The notes under the pieces: model-generated
The model's input: only the letters and a program-made list of their open reading frames with translations
The model's database searches: none
What the model was told of the DNA's origin: nothing
Part shown: positions 18,205-25,735 of the stretch, piece after piece
How positions within the stretch are numbered: the stretch's first letter is position 1
Layout: each line of letters opens with the position of its first letter
DNA from: Nitrospira sp.
Lineage (GTDB): Bacteria > Nitrospirota > Thermodesulfovibrionia > Thermodesulfovibrionales > Dissulfurispiraceae
Length of the DNA: 50,783 nucleotides
NCBI GenBank assembly: GCA_002634385.1
Contig: NSJL01000027.1
Span: forward strand, 1-50,783
Direction: 5' to 3'
Position numbers and translations under genes: made by a program

Positions 18205-19107
18205 TTACCCTACGGCTCCTGCGGTGCGGTTTTTTCTTCCCGTAATTTCTGCTTCGTCCAGGATGCGGGGAATCCGGTCGTGCCACGGCGTGGTCATCAT
18301 GAGGTGAACCCCGGAGCAGACAGCCGCGAGTTCCCTTACAAGCCTGACGGTTATATCGATGCTTCTCTTCTCAACATCTCCTTTTTCGAGCTCCTGTAGT
18401 ATCGATTCAGGAATATGCACACCCGCGACGTTTTTATTCATGAAGCGCGCGGAGGCTGCAGATTTCAGAATGAATACCCCTGCAAAAACCGGGATATCAA
18501 GAAAGGCCACCCCCTCCAGGAACCGGACATATCTATCGACGTCAAAGATGGGCTGAGTCTGCAGAAATTCGGCTCCTGCCTCAGCTTTGAGACGCGCCTT
18601 CCCGATCTCTTCCTGAGGTTTTGCCGCGCCGGGGTCGAGGACAGCGCCGAGACAGAAATTCGGTATGCCGTCAAGGCGCTTTCCACCCATGTCAAAGCCC
18701 TTCTCGAGATTCCTCGCTGCCGCCAGCAGCTGGACAGAGTCAAAGTCGAAGACCGGTTTTGTGCCCGGATTGTCCGAATCCGTCGCCTCGTCACCTCTCA
18801 GACAGAGAATGTTCCTCACTCCCAACGCATAGGCGCTCAGAAGCTCTGACTGCAGACTGATCCTGTTTCTGTCGCGACAGGTGATCTGCATTATGGGCTC
18901 TATCCCCATCTCTCTTATCTTCACGCAGGCCGCGAGGGCGCCCATCCTCATATTCGCCCCGGGCATATCAGCGACATTTATCGCATCAACCCTCCCCTTC
19001 AAAAGCTCGATACCTTTTACCGTTTTGTATACAGCTGTGCCTTTCGGCGGGATTACGTCTGTCGTTACAACAAACTCTCCGGATCTCAGCTTTTCCTTGA
19101 ATGTCAT
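18205..19107 (-). CDS. metF: 5,10-methylenetetrahydrofolate reductase family protein (MetF-like, paralog 2)
   Basis: Start at the ATG at 19107 (MTFKEKLRSGEFVVTTDVIPPKG) with a GAGGTGG RBS. Same family as the adjacent gene. Confidence 0.7.
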   Translation of the reverse strand: MTFKEKLRSGEFVVTTDVIPPKGTAVYKTVKGIELLKGRVDAINVADMPGANMRMGALAACVKIREMGIEPIMQITCRDRNRISLQSELLSAYALGVRNILCLRGDEATDSDNPGTKPVFDFDSVQLLAAARNLEKGFDMGGKRLDGIPNFCLGAVLDPGAAKPQEEIGKARLKAEAGAEFLQTQPIFDVDRYVRFLEGVAFLDIPVFAGVFILKSAASARFMNKNVAGVHIPESILQELEKGDVEKRSIDITVRLVRELAAVCSGVHLMMTTPWHDRIPRILDEAEITGRKNRTAGAVG

Positions 19108-19118
19108 CTTTCCACCTC

Positions 19119-19991
19119 TCATCTCTCGGGAATAACCCACTTCTTGCTTCTCTGTATATTCTTAAGCCTCATGAGCTGTTCCTCGGCTATCGTAAAGGTA
19201 TGTTCGGGGGCAGGGAATTTGAAGGCTTCTACCTCATCCTTGAAGGCTTTGACCGCTTTCGTAGTCTCAGCCCAGAGATTCACATATTTTTTTACGAATT
19301 TCGGAACAAAGTGTTCATAGAGTCCGATCATGTCCTGAGTGACAAGGGCCTGTCCGTCACAGTGGAGGCCGGCACCTATTCCTATCACGGGGATTTTCAG
19401 CGTTTCCGTAATGATACCGGCGACGCTCGGAGGCAAACATTCTACGGAAAGAGCAAAAGCCCCGGCTTTCTCGCATTCCATAGCGAGGTCGATGAGGTCT
19501 GACGCCTCTTCAGCGGTCTTCCCCATCACGGCAAACTTGCCGTATCGTGACACAAACTGGCGTGTAAGACCGATATGAACCATGGTAGGGATTCCGGATT
19601 CCACTATGGCCCGTGCGATCTTTACCACTTCCGGACCGCCTTCGATCTCTACACCGTCAGCACCTCCTTCCTTGATAAATCGCCGGGCATTCCTCCTGGC
19701 ATCCTCTTCGGTGTTGTAATCCATAAAGGGCATGCAAGACAGGATAAACGCCCGTTCTACGGCATTGGCGACAGCCTTGGTATGATGAATCATCTCCTCC
19801 ATAGTCACCGGGAGGGTATTCTTATATCCCAGTCCGGTCATGCCCAGAGCGTCGCTTACGAAGATGATGTCGATGCCGGCCTGATCGATAATCCTGGCAA
19901 ACGGATAATCGTAGGCGGTCAACATGCTTATTTGTTCGCCCTTTTTCTTCTTGGCCGTGAGAGAAGAAACACTCACCTTGTTTTTTTCCAT
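19119..19991 (-). CDS. panB: 3-methyl-2-oxobutanoate hydroxymethyltransferase-like enzyme (PanB family) with about 25-aa C-terminal amphipathic extension
   Basis: Strong PanB pattern (ISMLTAYDYPFARI..DIIFVSDALGMT..TLPVT..IPVIGIGAG..DGQALV). 290 aa vs about 264 for canonical PanB. The extra C-terminal tail is TIAEEQLMRLKNIQRSKKWVIPER. Confidence 0.8.
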   Translation of the reverse strand: MEKNKVSVSSLTAKKKKGEQISMLTAYDYPFARIIDQAGIDIIFVSDALGMTGLGYKNTLPVTMEEMIHHTKAVANAVERAFILSCMPFMDYNTEEDARRNARRFIKEGGADGVEIEGGPEVVKIARAIVESGIPTMVHIGLTRQFVSRYGKFAVMGKTAEEASDLIDLAMECEKAGAFALSVECLPPSVAGIITETLKIPVIGIGAGLHCDGQALVTQDMIGLYEHFVPKFVKKYVNLWAETTKAVKAFKDEVEAFKFPAPEHTFTIAEEQLMRLKNIQRSKKWVIPER

Positions 19992-20005
19992 TTTTTTCTC
20001 CGCTC

Positions 20006-20563
20006 CTATATGATTACGCTGCTCAGGCTGCTGTGGGGTGCAGGTATAATGGTCGTCATTGTCAGCATGCCGGACTCTTCGATAGCAGCCGTCGCAGCAT
20101 CAAGTGCCGCCTCGACGGAATAAAGCTCACCGGTCAGGGTTACAAAAGCCTTTCCCCCCAGCCCTCTCGCCAAACGTATCTCTATTAGCATTATGTTTGC
20201 CGCTTTTGCCGCCGTATCTGCGGCGATTATGCATGAAGCGATCGAAAAAGTCTCAATAACTCCCAGAGATGCGACTTCCTTCACCTCGGTAGTTCCCCGG
20301 ATGGCCGGGAAGATGCCTTCATGGATGTTCGGGATCAGGAGACGATCGACAATTTGATCTCCACCGATCTGAACTCCAACTTCGATGGATGCTTCCACCG
20401 GGGCGACCAATCCGCAGATGACAACACTGTATTTTCCAGGACAGGTAGGCGTCGCCTCCAATAACTCTATAGGCGCTTTCTTCATCATATAATCACATGC
20501 CATAATTCCGCGTGCAATACTTCTGAATTCTATGAGGCCCAGGGCCTGTCGCGCTTCCGTCAT
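20006..20563 (-). CDS. pduT: BMC-T shell protein, PduT-like (tandem BMC domains, putative [4Fe-4S] site)
   Basis: 185 aa. Two BMC domains. The conserved TCPGK Cys is at the position of PduT C38. Confidence 0.8.
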   Translation of the reverse strand: MTEARQALGLIEFRSIARGIMACDYMMKKAPIELLEATPTCPGKYSVVICGLVAPVEASIEVGVQIGGDQIVDRLLIPNIHEGIFPAIRGTTEVKEVASLGVIETFSIASCIIAADTAAKAANIMLIEIRLARGLGGKAFVTLTGELYSVEAALDAATAAIEESGMLTMTTIIPAPHSSLSSVII

Positions 20564-20575
20564 CCGGCTTTCCCC

Positions 20576-21904
20576 TTACGCTGCTTCGATAACAATCTCA
20601 CCTCCGCCAATCCTCTGAACCCTGCCCGAGACCGATGCGTGGTATTTAGCACCCATATATCCGTCGGGTATATCGGCGATCAGATCGCCCTGCCGGATAA
20701 CATCCCCCTCCTCAACTACCGGGACAGCCGGAGCGCCGATGTGCTGTCGTAATCCTATCTTCACCTGCCTGACCGAATAGGGCGTCTCCTTGAGCGGTGC
20801 AATCTCCTTGTACTTTTCCAGTCCCAAACGGCTCAGCAGTCGTTCTGATGGCACTTTACGATGCTCCATTTCCTGCCTCGCCTTCACTTTGACTTTTTGC
20901 GGTTCATGCCGGTAGCCTCTCTTGGCGAGTTCAGCCCTGATTTCCATGTTTACCTGCCGCGGGGAGAGACCTTGAACACAGGCATAGGTCTCGCAAAGGC
21001 CACATCCGGAGCATGCTGCCGCTGAAGTAACGACATCAGGAGCGACGACATTCCCATAATCAAGAGACCTCATGATTTTGTGGGGCTGAAGACTATGGCC
21101 CAGCAGATACCGTGGACAGAGCTCGGTACAGTAACTGCACTGAGTGCAGGCCGACTTGATCAGACGGATATTCCGCTGTAAGGGTCTGGTCTTTAAGGTG
21201 ATGAGGGGATGGTTCTTCGGCAGCACGAGAAGCATTCCCAGGGTTTTATTGACCGTACCTGAAACATCGAACGTAACCCTGCCCATCATCGGGCCTCCGG
21301 CGATCATCGCATATTCCTCGACTTTTGCACCACCGGCCATCGCTATCACGTCACCGAAAGCAGTCCCGACCGGAACCCTGAAAGTCGCCGGATGTTTCAC
21401 CTCGCCAAGAACTGAAATATGGCGGTGAGTAACCGGAATGCCCCTCTCGGCTTCCGAGATGTTGAAAAGAGTTCCGACATTCTGCACAACCACTCCCTCG
21501 GAAAGAGGGAGATTCCCTTCGGTAATGACCCTGCCCGTTACCTCGTGCACCAATACAAACTCGTCCCCGGCAGGATAGAAATCCCGGAGCAGGAAAAGCT
21601 CGATGTTCTCCTTGCCCGAGATTGCCATCGAGAGACTATCGATGGCGGTTTTATATTTCTTCTTTAGAGCCACTATGCCTTTTGAAGCGCCGACAGAGTC
21701 CATGAGGAGGGCAAGGCCGGCGATTACCGTATCGGCGTGTTTCACCATGAGCTGCTGGTCGGCCTGTGCCAGGGGTTCACATTCCGCCCCGTTGGCAATC
21801 ACCATTTCCGCTTTTGATCCGGATTTGATATGACTTGGGAAGCCCGCGCCTCCCGCACCGATTATCCCGGCGTCTCTCACCCTCGTCACAAGGTCTGTCG
21901 TCAT
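20576..21904 (-). CDS. pduS: PduS/RnfC-like flavo-Fe-S oxidoreductase (BMC-associated; cobalamin-reductase-like)
   Basis: 442 aa. RnfC-type N-terminus (GIIGAGGAGFPSHIK). Two ferredoxin-type Cys clusters (CTQCSYCTELCP; CSGCGLCETYAC). Confidence 0.75.
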   Translation of the reverse strand: MTTDLVTRVRDAGIIGAGGAGFPSHIKSGSKAEMVIANGAECEPLAQADQQLMVKHADTVIAGLALLMDSVGASKGIVALKKKYKTAIDSLSMAISGKENIELFLLRDFYPAGDEFVLVHEVTGRVITEGNLPLSEGVVVQNVGTLFNISEAERGIPVTHRHISVLGEVKHPATFRVPVGTAFGDVIAMAGGAKVEEYAMIAGGPMMGRVTFDVSGTVNKTLGMLLVLPKNHPLITLKTRPLQRNIRLIKSACTQCSYCTELCPRYLLGHSLQPHKIMRSLDYGNVVAPDVVTSAAACSGCGLCETYACVQGLSPRQVNMEIRAELAKRGYRHEPQKVKVKARQEMEHRKVPSERLLSRLGLEKYKEIAPLKETPYSVRQVKIGLRQHIGAPAVPVVEEGDVIRQGDLIADIPDGYMGAKYHASVSGRVQRIGGGEIVIEAA

Positions 21905-21917
21905 GCTGAAACCGTTC

Positions 21918-23507
21918 TCATAGTATCCTCATATATCCCGAAAGCACGCAACGCCGTTCCCTGGTAAAGTGGCGTGCAGAGGTCATGCCCTCTCCGGTAA
22001 AACTCGCGATCGTCAAGGATGCACATCCTTCACCTTCGACTCCGAGGCCGTCATAACAGGGTCCGTTCTTCACAAAAAGCGTACAGTCCGCTTCCTTTGC
22101 CATTTTCGTAAGTGTTTCCACGCTCAGGGAATGCATCACCGCTGTATGTCTGAACCCATGCTCCGCCCTGACTGCCATACTAATGGCCTGGTCTACGTTC
22201 CTGGCCCTGACGACAGGCAGCACAGGCATCATCAACTCGCTCCAGACAAAGGGATGATCATAGTCCGTCTCGGCAATTACCAGTTTTATATCGTCACCGA
22301 CCTGAACCCCTATCTCCGCCAAAATTACACTTGCATCCCTTCCTATGAAATGCAGGTTCGGGACTCCGGCTTTGCCCGGACCCCGGTTCTCACTGAAAAG
22401 AACTTTCTCCAGCCGTTTGAGCTGCCATGGGCTTAGCTCATAGGCGCCGAGCTCTTTCATATGGAATTTGAGCTCATCAGCCACCGCCTCGACTACGATG
22501 AGCTCTTTTTCGGCAATGCACGGTATGTTATTGTCGAAGCTTGCACCATTCACAATGTCCTGCGCCGCTCTCCTGATATCTACTGTCTCATCAACGACAA
22601 CAGGTGGATTTCCCGGGCCCGCCGCTATCACCTTCTTGCCGTGCTTCATCGCTTCTCTTACTACCTTCATCCCGCCCGTGACCACAAGGAGCCTTACATC
22701 ACGATGGTCCATAAGGGTCTGGGCATTGGCTATCGAGGCCTCGCTGGTCGACGTGAGAAGGTTGGACGGTCCTCCGGCCGACCGTATTGCTTTATTCAGC
22801 AATCTCACGGTTGCCAGGGAGACTTCTCTCGCTGAGGGATGGGGGCTGAAAACCACGCTGTTGCCGGCCGCCACCATCCCGATTGCGTTGCAGGCAACAG
22901 TGGCAGAAGGATTCGTCACTGGCGTTACCGCTGCAATCACGCCCCATGGTGCACGCTCGCCGAGAGTGAGTCCGTAATCCCCGGTATAGGCAGTCGTTGA
23001 TACATCTTCAACACCGGGGGTCTTTTCCGCTATCAACTGGTGCTTGATGCTCTTACTGTCAAGCCTGCCCATCCTGGTTTCTTTTACGGCCATCATCGAC
23101 AGGACATCGCCGTTTTTCATGAGTGCGTCCCTCATGGCGTCTATTATCTTCCTCCGTGTACTTAAGGAAATATCCTTCAGTTCACGCTGGGCCTTTTTTG
23201 CCGAGGCCACCGCTCCGTCGATGGTGGCAAAAATTCCGCCTTCTTCCCCGTCGGGGGCGGAAAGGACATGGATGTCGCCCGACTGCTGAACCGGGGGCGC
23301 GGCCGTACCTTTGGCGGGCGGCACAAAATCCTTTTTCCTGCCTCCATTCAGAGGCGCGTCATCATAGGCCAGGCTCCTCCTCTTCTTCCACGTAAAATCT
23401 CCTGAACTGCTTACGTGAGAAGGAGCGTGCACGTTGGACTTGAAGGTAATTCTGTCCAGAGCCTTTTCTACAAGTGACTCTACAGGACTCTCCTCATCAT
23501 CAGCCAT
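21918..23507 (-). CDS. CoA-acylating aldehyde dehydrogenase (PduP/EutE family) with about 100-aa N-terminal extension containing an encapsulation-peptide-like helix
   Basis: 529 aa. ALDH domain with catalytic-Cys motif NNIPCIAEKE. N-terminal amphipathic helix (ESLVEKALDRITF) followed by a low-complexity Pro/Gly/Lys linker. Confidence 0.8.
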   Translation of the reverse strand: MADDEESPVESLVEKALDRITFKSNVHAPSHVSSSGDFTWKKRRSLAYDDAPLNGGRKKDFVPPAKGTAAPPVQQSGDIHVLSAPDGEEGGIFATIDGAVASAKKAQRELKDISLSTRRKIIDAMRDALMKNGDVLSMMAVKETRMGRLDSKSIKHQLIAEKTPGVEDVSTTAYTGDYGLTLGERAPWGVIAAVTPVTNPSATVACNAIGMVAAGNSVVFSPHPSAREVSLATVRLLNKAIRSAGGPSNLLTSTSEASIANAQTLMDHRDVRLLVVTGGMKVVREAMKHGKKVIAAGPGNPPVVVDETVDIRRAAQDIVNGASFDNNIPCIAEKELIVVEAVADELKFHMKELGAYELSPWQLKRLEKVLFSENRGPGKAGVPNLHFIGRDASVILAEIGVQVGDDIKLVIAETDYDHPFVWSELMMPVLPVVRARNVDQAISMAVRAEHGFRHTAVMHSLSVETLTKMAKEADCTLFVKNGPCYDGLGVEGEGCASLTIASFTGEGMTSARHFTRERRCVLSGYMRIL

Positions 23508-23521
23508 CTTTCACCTCCCTC

Positions 23522-23842
23522 TCAAAATCTGACAGGCGGAGCCTGCCAGATGGGAACTTTCTGGAACTGCGCCTCGCCCGAGAGCTCCACGGTGTCCACG
23601 ATACCGATGATGACCGCGTCCACCGGCCTGTCCTTGGTGATCCCCGTTTGCCGGGCTGAGCTCTCCAGGGTATAGAGGACCACATCATTCGTTCCCGCTC
23701 CAACGGCATCCACGGCTATTTCATATCCTCCGCACGGCTCCCCTTTGTAGTCCACTTTCTCGACAATCAGAAACTTTGAACCGGCCATGGTCTGTACCCG
23801 CTGGTCGCACACGACCGTTCCTACAACCTTTCCTAAGAGCAT
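23522..23842 (-). CDS. BMC vertex protein (BMC-P; EutN/PduN/CcmL family)
   Basis: 106 aa, MLLGKVVGTVVCDQ...VDAVGAG pattern. Confidence 0.8.
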   Translation of the reverse strand: MLLGKVVGTVVCDQRVQTMAGSKFLIVEKVDYKGEPCGGYEIAVDAVGAGTNDVVLYTLESSARQTGITKDRPVDAVIIGIVDTVELSGEAQFQKVPIWQAPPVRF

Positions 23843-23858
23843 CGGACCGCTCCTTTCC

Positions 23859-24218
23859 TTACCGCGTTATTTTCTTTGATTCTTTATGTTCAATAGCCTT
23901 TTGCTCGTTCTGCTCGATCATCTCCCAGTAATCCCTGCCCCTGCCCAGCGGCAGTGCGATGTCCACATTATCATGCGGCCGCGGGATCAAATGGACACTC
24001 ACTACATCGCCCACCTTTCCGGCCGCTATGCCCCCTGCCTCAAGAGCGGCCCTTACCGCCGCCACGTCGCCCCTGACAATTGCAGTCACATAACCGCCGC
24101 CGATCTTCTCATAGCTAACCAGTTCAACCTTTGCAGCCTTCACCATTGCATCAGAGGCCTCCACCATTGCGGCAAATCCCCTTGTTTCGATCAGTCCCAA
24201 AGCTTCCGTCGTACGCAT
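23859..24218 (-). CDS. BMC-H hexameric shell protein (PduA/EutM-like) with about 25-aa C-terminal tail
   Basis: [54 protein letters not shown]...VHLIPRPH, canonical BMC-H. Confidence 0.85.
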   Translation of the reverse strand: MRTTEALGLIETRGFAAMVEASDAMVKAAKVELVSYEKIGGGYVTAIVRGDVAAVRAALEAGGIAAGKVGDVVSVHLIPRPHDNVDIALPLGRGRDYWEMIEQNEQKAIEHKESKKITR

Positions 24219-24301
24219 TCGTATTCTCCTTTCCTTACCTGTTTCAGGTTATGTATGCACGCTCTGCAGAGCGGCGAGTAAATGTTTTTCCTGCCAATGC
24301 C

Positions 24302-25063
24302 CTATGACTCTTTTTTCGACGGGGAATTCTCCCTGCCTGTTATCGACTCAAGAGCGCGGTGAACCGCATCCATGCCGACCTCCACGTCCCTCTCTTCACC
24401 ACAAAAGTAAAGCCTGCCGAAGGCACCGAAATTTCTGACCTCTATCAATTTGATATCAGCCGCTTTTTCAGCCTCATTCGCCGCGAAGTTGGCATATCCG
24501 GCCGGATGCACCTCAAGAATGTACAGCGTTTCTCCCGGCAAAATGTAGTTTGCACTTCGGCTCGTACGGTTTATCAGCTGGCACTGATAATCGTGAACTC
24601 TTCGTATCAGTTGACTTGTCAGTATTCTCGGCTTAAGCCTGTCCATCTCCGTTTTCTTCAAGGCTTCAAGAATCGCGTTTCCGGATTGGAGTACCTGGCC
24701 CTGATCGCTATGGTGGAACTCCAGCATTCCAAACGCCCTCTCCACCACCTGAGCGCCGGGCATCACGTCTGTGGCTTTGACCGCTACATCTGTCAGCCTG
24801 TTAATCTCGATGCCCGGCGCTATCTCAACAATTATCGACGCCTGCCCCACTATGGGAAGATATCCCCGTGCGGTTGCTGCAACCTGCGATGCCAATTGCG
24901 GCTGCATCTGGTCAATAAAGACATATACCCTTAATTCAATGGCACCTCCATCCGGCTGTTCGGTACTTATGGCGGACTGATATTTTGGTATCTCCGCAGC
25001 ACCTTTCGTACTCGATTCAGTAATCTTTATCCCTGACGTGGGATGTGACTTCGAAACTGCCAT
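24302..25063 (-). CDS. BMC-T shell protein with permuted tandem BMC domains (PduB/EutL-like); first gene of the long minus-strand cluster
   Basis: 253 aa. Internal duplicated BMC-like halves. AAGGAGG RBS 10 nt before the ATG at 25063. The AT-rich promoter region lies upstream (25064-25735). Confidence 0.55.
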   Translation of the reverse strand: MAVSKSHPTSGIKITESSTKGAAEIPKYQSAISTEQPDGGAIELRVYVFIDQMQPQLASQVAATARGYLPIVGQASIIVEIAPGIEINRLTDVAVKATDVMPGAQVVERAFGMLEFHHSDQGQVLQSGNAILEALKKTEMDRLKPRILTSQLIRRVHDYQCQLINRTSRSANYILPGETLYILEVHPAGYANFAANEAEKAADIKLIEVRNFGAFGRLYFCGEERDVEVGMDAVHRALESITGRENSPSKKES

Positions 25064-25735
25064 AATCTCTCAACCTCCTTCCTATTGAATAATTGCCATC
25101 ATCGTGTCAACATGCAGATGTCTTCTGCTCTACGTCCTGTAAATACCCCCGGGGGGGTCCTGAAGATTTCGGATCTTCCGGTTCAACCGTTCGCTCCGGT
25201 AATAAATTACGTATTGGGTGTTCAAGCCGCTTGTAGCGCCATTTTTATCCATTTATTGCTTTCATCTTACAGCCCATGAATATTTGTGTCAATAAAAAAA
25301 CCAATTATTTTTTTATAATTCACTTGCCTTACAGCGCACTAATTTCGATAATTAATCATTAAAATCAATATTATATACGTCTTTTAGAGTTATATTAATT
25401 GGTAAATATTATTGCTTTTTATCAATTATGAAAGGGGGCTAAGAGCGTCTAACAAAATGAACAAAAGCTGCTCCTGTGGTAAGTCTTTCTTCTGTCATTC
25501 CCGCGAGCGGAGCGGAGCCTGTCCCCGCGTGTCGGGGATCGCGGGGATCCTTCTTACAGCAGGAAAAGATTCCGGACGAGCCGGAACGACAAATTCATTT
25601 TGTCAGAGGCTCTAAATGATATTCTCGGCAAATCCGGAGCTCTTGCCATACGCTGAAACATTACGAAACCGTCTTTCCGGACTTCTACGGAAGACCTCCT
25701 TGTCTTGACTTTGAATTTTATGCAAAAATAAAAAA

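Noticed and set aside
25520-25550. GC-rich palindrome TCCCCGCG...CGCGGGGA inside the AT-rich region, considered as a terminator
   Set aside because: It is not followed by a U-tract on either strand. It is kept only as a note within the regulatory-region finding.
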